A stretch of DNA of 64,000 nt from Candidatus Pacearchaeota archaeon (GCA_026016245.1 CP061211.1:29449-93448), one strand, 5' to 3'. Positions 38,515-47,741 are shown, counted from the first letter of the stretch. Notes: a model not told the origin generated them from the sequence alone. Numbers and translations are program-made.

Positions 38515-39894
38515 TTAGTAGTAGCTCTCAATAGCTTCAGGCTTTTCCTCTTCACCAGCTTGTTTTTGTTTTACAAGCAAGAATACAAGTAAAACAATAA
38601 CTGCAATAGCAAGGATTATACCTACAACCATTAAGATTGCTTCCCAGTCTACTCCGTTACTTTGTTCAACGTTTGCAGTAAAGTTGAACTGCTTAGCTTC
38701 ATTGCCATACTTAACACGTACAGTGAAAGGATATTTTCCTTCAGATGTGTCTTCATTAATATCTAAGTAGACATTAATTATCCTGCTCTCTCCATTTGCT
38801 AGACTGAAAGAAGCTGGGTTGATTTTGACTGTAGACCAGCCATTAGCTCCTAGAACTTCAACAACAAAGTTTTCGCTAGTTTCACCAAGGTTTGTCACAA
38901 AAAGACTGAATTTAGCCTCTTCACCTTGTTTTGCAAAAGCTTCTGTAATCTGTGGAAGAACTTCAATCTCTCTTTCAGCTTCTCTTTCAAGGACAAGAGT
39001 TCTAGTTTCTCTTGTTTCAAGCTCAGAGTTGTAAACTTCAATAACAAGATTGTAGATTCCTTCATCTTCTGGCAATCGTAGAGCTATAGTTACTTTTTCT
39101 GCATCTTCGTACTTACCGTCACGGCTTCCTAGATCGCCTAGATAGACAGTTCTTTCTATGCAAAGTTCAGGAATGCTTAGCTTAACAAAGACATCTTCTG
39201 CAACATGGTTTCCTCTATTCTTAACAACAATATCTGCATAAAGAGTTGTATCTGCTTCGAATGTAACTGAACATCCACCACAGACTCCTTTATAGAAATT
39301 GTTGTGATCATAAAGATCAACAGACAAAATCTCAAGAAGATTTGAAACACGTTGCACGTCAGTCTTTATTTCAGCTTCATCCACACCACTGAATTCTTTC
39401 TTGCCTTCTATCTTGACGTGTAGAGTATACTGGTCACGAGCATCGACATCATAAGGTATCTCTAAAAATAGAGTCTTAGAGTAAAGATTACCTCTGAAAA
39501 CATCGAATTCACCAGTTCTGTCCTCTATCTCTTCTCTGTAGCCGTTTATCCAAGCGTGAACTTTCACTTCGTCTAGGTTTCTATTAGCCTTAAATACAAC
39601 TTTAACAGACATGCTTTCTCCTCTTTCAAGAGCAGGAGTTGCAATCTGCCATGTATAGCAAGTGTATCCACCATCTATAACAGGATCAGGTTCCCAATAA
39701 GGTGGTGTTGGCCAACAATAACCATACCAAACAACATTGCTGTTGACATATACAGTCATTTCTTGGATTTCAGGCATAGTATCTTGATGCCATTCATCAG
39801 CAACTGCTCCACCAAGTAACCCTAGAAATACTCCAACAAAGGCCAAAACTAAAAACAAACCAAGTTTGTTTTTCATTTTGTTTTGGTTTTTCAT
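38515..39894 (-). CDS. Secreted surface protein with a C-terminal TM anchor
   Basis: N-terminal signal/TM segment. Beta-rich CARDB-like repeats. C-terminal helix ILMVVGIILAIAVIVLLVFLLV followed by a short charged tail. Confidence 0.5.
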   Translation of the reverse strand: MKNQNKMKNKLGLFLVLAFVGVFLGLLGGAVADEWHQDTMPEIQEMTVYVNSNVVWYGYCWPTPPYWEPDPVIDGGYTCYTWQIATPALERGESMSVKVVFKANRNLDEVKVHAWINGYREEIEDRTGEFDVFRGNLYSKTLFLEIPYDVDARDQYTLHVKIEGKKEFSGVDEAEIKTDVQRVSNLLEILSVDLYDHNNFYKGVCGGCSVTFEADTTLYADIVVKNRGNHVAEDVFVKLSIPELCIERTVYLGDLGSRDGKYEDAEKVTIALRLPEDEGIYNLVIEVYNSELETRETRTLVLEREAEREIEVLPQITEAFAKQGEEAKFSLFVTNLGETSENFVVEVLGANGWSTVKINPASFSLANGESRIINVYLDINEDTSEGKYPFTVRVKYGNEAKQFNFTANVEQSNGVDWEAILMVVGIILAIAVIVLLVFLLVKQKQAGEEEKPEAIESYY

Positions 39895-40160
39895 TTATAT
39901 TTATTTAATTTTAAAATTGTTTATGTTATTATTTTCAAGTGACAGCCTTTTATAAACCTTTCTGTTATTCGGTTATTTGTTACCACCTATTTAGAATAAC
40001 AAGAATAATAACAAAATTTCCCAGAATCAGAAGAAAATAAAATCCCGACGGTAAAGTATATATTAACTTATTAGTGGTAACACACCAAAACATTTAAATA
40101 GCTCCTTTTCTTGCTTATTTCATAAAAATTAAACTAAATTGAAAGTTAAAAAAACAAAAA

Positions 40161-40487
40161 ATGGAAGATAATGCAATAAAAAGAGTGTATAAATCTAGAA
40201 GAATTGTTGTTCATCCTGATGTTGTTGATAGATCAAGAAACTGCGGAATAGGACGTTCTCTTTGTATGAATGTCAGCACAAGAGAAATTTCAGAATTATA
40301 TGATTTAGGGAAAATAGTAAGAACTGAAAAAGAAAAACAATATTTCTTCAATAAAGATCCTGCAAGTCAATTTTGTAAAGATTTTTTTGAATTAATGATA
40401 TTATATGAAATAACAAAGAAAAAAATAAAAAAATATTTTGAAAAACTAAATTTTAAAAAAACAAAAAATGAGAAAACCAACATATGA
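40161..40487 (+). CDS. Hypothetical protein
   Basis: 108-aa ORF. Overlaps the next gene by 20 nt. Confidence 0.3.
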   Translation: MEDNAIKRVYKSRRIVVHPDVVDRSRNCGIGRSLCMNVSTREISELYDLGKIVRTEKEKQYFFNKDPASQFCKDFFELMILYEITKKKIKKYFEKLNFKKTKNEKTNI

Positions 40488-41013
40488 AGAACAAAACAAG
40501 TTTTTAGAATCATATGTAGCACCAATTACATTAGATGCTGATGTTGAACAAGTTATTGAGAACATCAAAGAGAACAGTAAAGAAGCAAAGTGGAAAAGAG
40601 AATATTATGCAAAGAGATTAGATGATGAAAATTTCTTGAAAGAATCAGAAAAAGCTGGAGTTTTTATATCTCTTGCTTCTATGGATATTAGAGACTGCAG
40701 TTCTTTTGAGAAGTTAATGTCTAAAATGAGACATAAAATTAAAGGAACAGAAGAATATGAGGCAGATCAAATAGACAAAAAACTATTTAATTACAAGTTT
40801 ATAGGTCCAGAATCTCTTATAAAACTATTTAATTACAAGTTTATAGGTCCAGAATCTCTTATAAAACTATTTAATTACAAGTTTATAGGTCCAGAATCTC
40901 TTCCTGATTGCTTTAAGATTTATTTTAACCATCTAGGAAAAGAAGATAATAGACCTTGTCCATGTGGTTCTGGAAAACCTGCTGATAGATGCTGCATAAA
41001 AGAAGATAAATAA
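40468..41013 (+). CDS. Protein with a C-terminal SEC-C metal-binding motif and three perfect 14-aa tandem repeats
   Basis: C-terminal PCPCGSGKPADRCC is a SEC-C-type motif. Repeat unit KLFNYKFIGPESLI, three copies. Confidence 0.5.
   Translation: MRKPTYEEQNKFLESYVAPITLDADVEQVIENIKENSKEAKWKREYYAKRLDDENFLKESEKAGVFISLASMDIRDCSSFEKLMSKMRHKIKGTEEYEADQIDKKLFNYKFIGPESLIKLFNYKFIGPESLIKLFNYKFIGPESLPDCFKIYFNHLGKEDNRPCPCGSGKPADRCCIKEDK
40780..40901 (+). repeat. Perfect 42-bp tandem repeat, 2.9 copies, in-frame within a CDS
   Basis: The unit aaactatttaattacaagtttataggtccagaatctcttata repeats exactly. Confidence 0.9.
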
Positions 41014-41026
41014 TTTTTTTCTATTT

Positions 41027-42016
41027 TCATAACCACTTAACTTCAACATCATCTGTTCTTTCATAAGGATTGATATCAACTTTTTCTATCTCGCATCTCT
41101 GTCCAGCCTTAAACATAAGAATGCCAAGCCAAGCAATCATTGTGGCATTGTCTGTCAAAAATTCATTAGGAGGGCAGAAGAATTTAGCATCTCGTTCCTT
41201 ACACATAATCTTGCACATTTCTTGAAGTCTTGTATTGCAAGCAACACCCCCACCTAATAACAACTCTTTTTTCTTGAGATGTGCCATTGCTCTTTCAGAT
41301 ACTTCAACTAACATGGCAAAAGCATGTTCCTGCAATGAAAAAGAAAGCTCTTCAATTTTATTTCCTTTATCATATTTTTGCTTTAAATTAGTGAGCAGGC
41401 CAGAGAAGGCAACATCCATGCCTTTCACAGAATAAGGAAGCTCAATAAAGTTATTAGATTTTTTAGCAAGTTCAGCAATTCTTGGGCCGCCAGGAAAGCC
41501 CAATCCTATATATCTTGCAAATGAATCAATAAAATTACCTACTCCAATGTCAAGAGTTTCACCAAAAATTCTGTATTTGCCAGAAGCATAGCTTATCACT
41601 TGTGTATTAGCTCCTGAAACATATAACAAGACAGGATCTTTTGCTTTTGTAAGAAGCTTGCCAATTTCAAGATGAGCAATGCAATGATTTACTGGAATTA
41701 AAGGGATATTCAATTTTTTAGCCAGTTCTTTTGCAAACCTCATTCCTTGAAGTAAGCAAGGAGCAATACCAGGACCTTGAGAAAAAGAGATAATATTAAT
41801 ATCATTAAGAGCTAAGCCTGCCTCATTCAAAGCATCATTTAATATTTTATCTTTAATTTTTTTATGATGCTTTGCTGCTTCATTAGGAATTATACCTCCT
41901 TTTTTTGTTGTATAGGAATCTCTAACATTAGCTAATACTTTTCCTTTGCTATCTATAATACCTACACCAAATGTATGGGCAGTGCTTTCTATTCCCAAGC
42001 AAACCAATTTTTTCAT
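41027..42016 (-). CDS. kae1: tRNA N6-adenosine threonylcarbamoyltransferase Kae1/TsaD, stand-alone
   Basis: MKKLVCLGIESTAHTFGVGII and PVNHCIAHLEIG. ASKHA fold. Length 329 aa. Confidence 0.8.
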   Translation of the reverse strand: MKKLVCLGIESTAHTFGVGIIDSKGKVLANVRDSYTTKKGGIIPNEAAKHHKKIKDKILNDALNEAGLALNDINIISFSQGPGIAPCLLQGMRFAKELAKKLNIPLIPVNHCIAHLEIGKLLTKAKDPVLLYVSGANTQVISYASGKYRIFGETLDIGVGNFIDSFARYIGLGFPGGPRIAELAKKSNNFIELPYSVKGMDVAFSGLLTNLKQKYDKGNKIEELSFSLQEHAFAMLVEVSERAMAHLKKKELLLGGGVACNTRLQEMCKIMCKERDAKFFCPPNEFLTDNATMIAWLGILMFKAGQRCEIEKVDINPYERTDDVEVKWL

Positions 42017-42133
42017 AACAGATTGAGAGGAAAATAACTTTTATATTTTACTAAACTAAAAAGCTATAAAAGTTTGTTATATTCAATCGCTACGGGGCAA
42101 AACTTTATTAATGAATCTTATTTTTATTAATAT

Positions 42134-42484
42134 ATGAAGATAACTATTTGTTGTTCAAAAAAATATTTTCCAGAAATTCAAAAGTTTTTAGGAAGTTTAA
42201 ATGATTCTAAAAATGAATTTTTAACTCCTGATTTGAATTTTATGGGTGAAATAAATGAGACGACAAAAAGGAAGCTTTCCGATGTCCATCATGAAAAAAT
42301 TAGGAGTAGTGATGCAATATATATTTACAATCCAAATAACGAAATTGGCCGAAGTACTAATTTAGAGATGGGATTTGCCATCGCATTAAATAAAAAAATC
42401 TTTGCATTCAAAAAAATAGGAGAACCTGGTTTAGATTGTTTTATAGAGAAATTATTAACATTAGAAGAGTTAACAAAATTATAG
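42134..42484 (+). CDS. Nucleoside 2-deoxyribosyltransferase-like small protein
   Basis: GRSTNLEMGFAIALNKKIF resembles the DSGTAFEIGYA catalytic-Glu motif. Confidence 0.35.
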   Translation: MKITICCSKKYFPEIQKFLGSLNDSKNEFLTPDLNFMGEINETTKRKLSDVHHEKIRSSDAIYIYNPNNEIGRSTNLEMGFAIALNKKIFAFKKIGEPGLDCFIEKLLTLEELTKL

Positions 42485-42564
42485 TTTTGCCCCTTCACGA
42501 CTCTGGATTTTTCCCTTCGGGGACGTTGCACTAAAATTTTACCCTTCAGAGAATATAACAGGAA

Positions 42565-42837
42565 TTAAGTACATCTTTTCCTATGTACATTCAAATATCT
42601 CCTCAAGAAATAATTCACAAAGCCATCTTCATCTTTTTGTAATGCTTTATAATATGCTCGCCTTTTAGCATACTTAATGATTAACATTGGATAATTATTA
42701 TACCACAAAATATGATTCATGATCAATCGACCAATCCTTCCATTCCCATCCCCAAATGGATGGATTTTCTCAAATTTGTAATGAGCTCTGGCAGCTAGCT
42801 CTACAGGATTCTTGTGGCAAGCTATTACACCAAGCAT
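42565..42837 (-). pseudogene. Fic/Doc-family gene remnant
   Basis: The Fic motif HPFGDGNGR is 26 aa from the ORF start. Upstream, 37 codons stay open and then hit an in-frame TAA at 42847-42849. The N-terminal roughly 100 aa of a Fic core are missing. The divergent neighbour starts at 42958. Confidence 0.55.
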
Positions 42838-42957
42838 GGCTTTTGTTTATGCTACTGTTATTAGTCTTCTTTCAGTAATTTTATTTCTTGCGCATAAATA
42901 ACTAGACAGAAAGTTTATATACTCCTTTTGTGCAGTAAAAAAAGGCTTTGGTAGAAG

Positions 42958-43863
42958 ATGTCAAAAAAATCATACAAATCCAAAAAATATTATAAGCAAT
43001 TAGTTGAGGAAGCAGGTATCGCTATTTTAATTGATGACGAAAAAGGGAATTTCAGATTTGGTAATAAAAAATTTGCAGAGCTTTTTGGTTATTCTACAGG
43101 AGGGATATTAAAAAAATCAATAAAAGATATTGTTCATCCTGATGATGTTGAAAGAGTTATGGAAATCCACAGAACAAGAGTTAGAGGAGAAAAAGTTCCT
43201 TCAAATTATGAATTTAAAGGTATAACAAAAGATAAAAAACCTATATGGTTAGAAATACACGCTGAACAGTTAAGAGAGAAAGACAAGATAGTAGGAACTC
43301 GTTCTTTTATCTGGGAAATTACTGATCGTAAGAAAAAAGAAGAGTATATGGTTTATTTAGCTTATCATGATGTTCTTACAGGCTTGGCTAATAGGTGGTT
43401 GTTGTATGATAAGTTTGATTCAGAGTTAACTCATATAAGCCGTCACAATCTTAAAGATATTTTAATGTCTGTAATGTATCTTGATTTGGATTATTTTAAG
43501 GATATTAATGATAATTTAGGACATAACACTGGGGATATGTTATTAAGGGATGCAGCAAGAAAATTAGAAAAATGTGTTAGAAAGGGCGATACTTTAGCTC
43601 GTCTTGGAGGAGATGAGTTTTTAATTCTATATACTAATGTTACAAAAAAAGAAGATATTAAATTTTTAGCAGATAAAGTCTATGAAGTTTTTCAAAAACC
43701 ATTTAATATTAGTAATAAAAAAATAAACATGACTACTAGCATGGGTATTTCAGTATATCCTAATGATAGTGAAGAGATAGAACAGTTAATTGATAATGCT
43801 GATAAAGCACTTTATGTCGCTAAAAGGAAAGGAAGAAATAGGTATGAATTTTTCAGCCAATAA
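42958..43863 (+). CDS. PAS-GGDEF protein, a putative diguanylate cyclase
   Basis: N-terminal PAS-like fold. GGDEF active site in RLGGDEFLILY. RYEF near the C-terminus. Confidence 0.7.
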   Translation: MSKKSYKSKKYYKQLVEEAGIAILIDDEKGNFRFGNKKFAELFGYSTGGILKKSIKDIVHPDDVERVMEIHRTRVRGEKVPSNYEFKGITKDKKPIWLEIHAEQLREKDKIVGTRSFIWEITDRKKKEEYMVYLAYHDVLTGLANRWLLYDKFDSELTHISRHNLKDILMSVMYLDLDYFKDINDNLGHNTGDMLLRDAARKLEKCVRKGDTLARLGGDEFLILYTNVTKKEDIKFLADKVYEVFQKPFNISNKKINMTTSMGISVYPNDSEEIEQLIDNADKALYVAKRKGRNRYEFFSQ

Positions 43864-43896
43864 ATAATAATAGAATAAAAAATTAGCTAAGGGAAA

Positions 43897-44265
43897 ATGT
43901 CAAAAAGTATTTTGATTGTTGAAGATGAAGGAATCGTAGCAATGGATATAAAAAGAACTTTGCAAGGTTTTGGATACTCAGTTATTGGTATTGTGCCTTC
44001 TGGGGAAGAAGCTATTGAAAAAGTAAAAAATGCTTGTCTTGATTTAATACTTATGAATATATCATTAAGAGGAAATATGGATGGTATTGAAGCTGTTGAA
44101 AAAATACATGAGAATTCTGATATTCCTATTATTTACATTACAGGACACTTTAATGACGAGCTTTATGAGCGAGCAAAAAAGACAAAACATTTTAGATATT
44201 TAAAAAAACCATTGAATACAGAAGAGTTACAAAAAACCATAGAAGCAGCATTCTGCAAAAAATAA
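43897..44265 (+). CDS. Stand-alone response-regulator receiver (REC) domain
   Basis: ILIVEDEG...DLILMNISLRGNMDG carries the phospho-acceptor Asp context. K at the expected position. Confidence 0.7.
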   Translation: MSKSILIVEDEGIVAMDIKRTLQGFGYSVIGIVPSGEEAIEKVKNACLDLILMNISLRGNMDGIEAVEKIHENSDIPIIYITGHFNDELYERAKKTKHFRYLKKPLNTEELQKTIEAAFCKK

Positions 44266-44302
44266 AATATAAAAATAAAAAAAGAAAAATTAAATCTGGG
44301 GT

Positions 44303-44455
44303 TTACTTCTTTTTCTTCTTCTTTTTGGCCTTCTTTTTTTTCTTTTTTCTTCCACCACGAGCCATTTTTGCTTCACAGACATTACCTTTTCCGTCGATGT
44401 AGTATAAGTATCCTTTCTTTCTTTTTACTGCGCCTTTAACAAGAACTTTTCCCAT
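44303..44455 (-). CDS. Unannotated 50-aa basic protein, below the ORF-track length cutoff
   Basis: Translation MGKVLVKGAVKRKKGYLYYIDGKGNVCEAKMARGGRKKKKKKAKKKKKKK. Strong SD AGGAGGT at 44466-44472, 10 nt from the ATG. Confidence 0.5.
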   Translation of the reverse strand: MGKVLVKGAVKRKKGYLYYIDGKGNVCEAKMARGGRKKKKKKAKKKKKKK

Positions 44456-44537
44456 TTTTTATTTAACCTCCTTTTGATTTAAATTGACCTTAGCCATTTA
44501 ATTAATAATTTAAGGCAGAACTATTATTTAAATCTTT

Positions 44538-44921
44538 CTATTCTCCGTCGATAGATTTTTTGTATCTGCTGAATAGTCTCTTTATTCTTGCTTTTGTTAT
44601 GACATTATGGTGCCTGAAACCGCCGCCAAAGCTCTTCGGTATATGCAACAATTCATGAATCAAGGTTTTAAGCTTCTCTTCCTCGCTTTGTTTATCAAAA
44701 TTTTTACTTATCACTTCTATTATATAAGCTGGTTCTGCCCCGAGAGAGAGCTGCATCACCTTCGGTAATGAATGGCATCGAGCTATTATTCCTCTAGATT
44801 TTGAACCATGACTTCTCAAACAAAATATTCTGTCTTTGTTAAGATGCCCCATATCTAAAATATTAATTATCAAATCTATTTTTCTCTTGATATCTGGAGC
44901 ATCTTCATATTTTATTCTCAT
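44538..44921 (-). CDS. Minimal HExxH zinc metalloprotease-like protein, WLM/DUF45-like
   Basis: LIHELLHIPKSFGGGFRHHN. Length 127 aa. Confidence 0.45.
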   Translation of the reverse strand: MRIKYEDAPDIKRKIDLIINILDMGHLNKDRIFCLRSHGSKSRGIIARCHSLPKVMQLSLGAEPAYIIEVISKNFDKQSEEEKLKTLIHELLHIPKSFGGGFRHHNVITKARIKRLFSRYKKSIDGE

Positions 44922-45799
44922 TTTTTGAATTTTACCCTTATCTTACTATCTCTTATAGTAATCATAGCATATTTACCATACTTGGCTGCTCCTGGATTTA
45001 TGATAAGGGTTTTTCCTATTTTATCTTGTCCTTGGTTTTCATGCATGTGACCAGCCACACACAATAAAGGTTTATGCTTTTCTATTATTTTACGAGTAAG
45101 ATAAGAACCATAATGTTTTCCTTTAGCTAATTTATGTGCTCCTTTTGCCCTTATTAAATCAAGTTTTGTTTTGTATGGAACATTATGAGAAATAAAAATA
45201 AAATTTTTCCTATCTATTTTTTTTATTTCTTTCTCTATTCTCTTTTTTTGATTTCTATAATCTTTCAATCTTAATCTTAATTTATCTTTCATTCTAGGTT
45301 TAATACCATAATAAGAACTTCTTGGATAACCCACAAAATAAAGATTTTCAAAATTTACTAACTTATAGTCAGCAACTTTTATTTTATGCTTTTTAAGAAG
45401 AGGAGTAATTAAATCTTTTTTGTGCAATCTTCTTCTACGGGGGCTGGAAATTTCACCTATATCTCTATAAGTAGTTAGGTCTATATTTCCTGTGACTGAT
45501 ATTGCTGGTATATTTAAATTACCTATATAAACAATAACTTTCTTCCCATCTCTTAAATTTTTTTTTGTGAATTCTTTTTGTTTTTTCTTTCCTATTACTT
45601 GCCATAATGGTTTGTCTGTCCCATAAGAATATTTGAAAATAAGTTTTCTTTCATAAAGAGGACAGAAATCTCCCGGACTTATGATTAAATCTGGTTTTTC
45701 TTTTTTGATTACTTTTTTTATGAAATAAGGGATTTTTCCATGAAAGTCGCCAATTGCTAAGATCTTTATCTCTTTCATTTTGGTAAGTTTCTTGCCCAT
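44918..45799 (-). CDS. Calcineurin-like metallophosphoesterase
   Basis: GDFHG, PGDF, GN.D and GHMHE motifs in order. Confidence 0.7.
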   Translation of the reverse strand: MGKKLTKMKEIKILAIGDFHGKIPYFIKKVIKKEKPDLIISPGDFCPLYERKLIFKYSYGTDKPLWQVIGKKKQKEFTKKNLRDGKKVIVYIGNLNIPAISVTGNIDLTTYRDIGEISSPRRRRLHKKDLITPLLKKHKIKVADYKLVNFENLYFVGYPRSSYYGIKPRMKDKLRLRLKDYRNQKKRIEKEIKKIDRKNFIFISHNVPYKTKLDLIRAKGAHKLAKGKHYGSYLTRKIIEKHKPLLCVAGHMHENQGQDKIGKTLIINPGAAKYGKYAMITIRDSKIRVKFKK

Positions 45800-46653
45800 C
45801 TGTTGAGATTTTTTATTACTTTTTCTGGTGTTAATGATTCAAGTTTTTTAACAAGAGTTTTGTCTTGCAACATTTTTTCATTGAGTGGAACTGAGATGCC
45901 ATCCACTTCTTTTGGACTTTTCATATGCAGACTAAAAGGACATCTTGCTAGTTTTCCACTTGGTGTCTGGCTTGGATCTATTATTATTGTATTAAAAGTT
46001 TTTTCATGTCCCCCTTTTACTTTTATTTTTGTTTCTTTGCTGATTTTTTGAGCCCATCTTCCTGTGAAACTTTCCAAAGGCTTATCTTTTTTACAACTTA
46101 TGTATTTTTGATAGAAACTTTGTGGCACAGCCTTGTTTAGCATTAAATAGAGATGAAAACTCTTGCCTGTCCACATCAAGAAAGTTTTGAACTTGATTAA
46201 TTTTTTAAATTCTTTATCACTCCTTATTGTTTTTATTAAAGCTATGATAACTTGTTGGGTTTGCTGCGCTGTTGTTCCTTTTCCTCTATCAATATCAAAG
46301 AAAATTCTGTCTATTGGCTTGCCTTTTCCTTCCCTGTTGGTGGCATAGAAAAAATCTATTAGTTTGGCTTGAGGAAAATATCCCCATATCTTATCTTGCT
46401 GTTTTGTTATCTTGTCTCTTGCTCTTTTTAGATTAGTCTTACTTCTTAATTCTAAGAGTTTATTATCCACAACACTGAATTCTTCAATGTATAAAGGTTG
46501 GGCTTTGGAGCCTCTTTTTATGAAAAAACCAAAAGGAAGCCATACTTTTGATGCAATTTCCTTGTTTTTCAGAAAATTTTTTAGTTTATTTGCGATAGCA
46601 CTATAGTATGAAAGAACGTCAGTCTTGCCAAAAGGTTTGAGTATATCTTGCAT
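45775..46653 (-). CDS. Archaeo-eukaryotic primase (AEP) superfamily protein, resembling the DNA primase small subunit PriS
   Basis: Motif I FFDIDRG (D-x-D). Motif II WTGKSFHLY (sGxxGxH). Motif III IIDPSQT..KLARCPFSLHMKS. Confidence 0.5.
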   Translation of the reverse strand: MQDILKPFGKTDVLSYYSAIANKLKNFLKNKEIASKVWLPFGFFIKRGSKAQPLYIEEFSVVDNKLLELRSKTNLKRARDKITKQQDKIWGYFPQAKLIDFFYATNREGKGKPIDRIFFDIDRGKGTTAQQTQQVIIALIKTIRSDKEFKKLIKFKTFLMWTGKSFHLYLMLNKAVPQSFYQKYISCKKDKPLESFTGRWAQKISKETKIKVKGGHEKTFNTIIIDPSQTPSGKLARCPFSLHMKSPKEVDGISVPLNEKMLQDKTLVKKLESLTPEKVIKNLNRWARNLPK

Positions 46654-46675
46654 GTTTGTAAAATGTAAGAAACAT

Positions 46676-46689
46676 TTATAAATATATAC
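46676..46689 (+). promoter_or_regulatory. Putative archaeal TATA box for the rps12-rps7-fusA operon
   Basis: tttataaatatata lies about 40 nt upstream of the rps12 ATG, with a GAGGGT SD in between. Confidence 0.35.
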
Positions 46690-46723
46690 GAAAATTAACT
46701 TATATCAGATTATAGAGGGTAAA

Positions 46724-47146
46724 ATGGGAATGTTGAATGCTCGAAAAATTAAGAAGAAAAGGAAGAAGTTCCGTTGGTCTAGTCAGAAGTATAAAAAAAG
46801 ATTATTGAAATTAAAGGAAAAGTCTGACCCTCTTCAAGGCACAAGCCAGGCTAAAGGAATTGTTTTAGAAAAGGTGCAATTTGAAGCAAAGCAGCCAAAC
46901 TCTGCTATGAGAAAGTGTGTTAGAGTCCAGCTTATTAAGAATGGAAGGCAAGTCACTGCCTATGTTCCTGGCAATCTAGCTTCTAAGTTTATTGACGAGC
47001 ACGATGAGGTTATGATAGAAGCTATTGGAGGAAAACAAGGAAGAGCTAAAGGAGATATCCCTTGTGTTAGATATACTGTTATCAAGGTAAATGACCAGCC
47101 TCTTGCGATGTTAGTTAGAGGTAAGATAGAGAAAGGTGGAAGATAA
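46724..47146 (+). CDS. rps12: Ribosomal protein uS12
   Basis: [13 protein letters not shown]...[15 protein letters not shown]. Confidence 0.85.
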   Translation: MGMLNARKIKKKRKKFRWSSQKYKKRLLKLKEKSDPLQGTSQAKGIVLEKVQFEAKQPNSAMRKCVRVQLIKNGRQVTAYVPGNLASKFIDEHDEVMIEAIGGKQGRAKGDIPCVRYTVIKVNDQPLAMLVRGKIEKGGR

Positions 47147-47741
47147 AGAGAATAAGATGAAAATTTTTGATTTATATGGTACTGAAGATGTGAAAATTGA
47201 GGATTTTGGTTTGAAGAGATATATTAATCTAGATATAAAACTAGTGTTAAAATCCAGAGGAAGATATCGTGAGAGATTTGGTAAGGCTAAGGTAAATATT
47301 GTTGAGAGGCTGATAAATATTGTTGCTGTTCCAGGTCATAGAGGAAAGAAACACAAAATTATGACCAAATCTTGTGGTAAGTATACAAAAGGAGCTAATA
47401 TTGTGCTAGGGGCTTTTAAGATTATTGAGGAAAGAACCAAAGAAAATCCTATTCAAGTTCTTGTTAGAGCTGTAGAGAAAGCTGCTCCAAGAGATGAAAT
47501 AACAACTATAGAGTATGGGGGTGCTAGATATCCTCAAGCAACTGATAGCGCACCTCTTAGAAGATTAAATGTTGCCTTAAAGCATATTGTTCATGGAGCT
47601 TACGATAAAGCTTTTGCCAAAAAAAAGAAGATTCCTGAAACACTTGCAAATGAAATCATTCTTGCGTCTAAAGGGACTAATGAGAGTTTTGCTATAACCA
47701 AAAAAATTGAAACAGAAAAACAAGCTGATTCTGCACGTTAA
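47136..47741 (+). CDS. rps7: Ribosomal protein uS7
   Basis: uS7 signature with archaeal length. The start may be the internal MKIFD. Confidence 0.8.
   Translation: MEDKENKMKIFDLYGTEDVKIEDFGLKRYINLDIKLVLKSRGRYRERFGKAKVNIVERLINIVAVPGHRGKKHKIMTKSCGKYTKGANIVLGAFKIIEERTKENPIQVLVRAVEKAAPRDEITTIEYGGARYPQATDSAPLRRLNVALKHIVHGAYDKAFAKKKKIPETLANEIILASKGTNESFAITKKIETEKQADSAR

Noticed and set aside
39971-40085. Inverted repeat GTTACCAC / GTGGTAAC separated by about 90 bp in a divergent promoter region
   Set aside because: Only 8 bp. This could arise by chance in AT-rich DNA and was kept only as a weak candidate TF site.
40780-40901. Possible CRISPR-like repeat
   Set aside because: It is a direct tandem repeat without spacers and is fully in-frame within a CDS. 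No other repeat-spacer array and no cas genes were seen in the window.
42958-44265. Possibility that the GGDEF/REC region is bacterial contamination or a chimeric join
   Set aside because: Flanking genes on both sides (Kae1 upstream, ribosomal and primase genes downstream) are archaeal and continuous in the same window, with similar AT content and gene spacing. The region is therefore retained as a finding, but it needs read-level confirmation.
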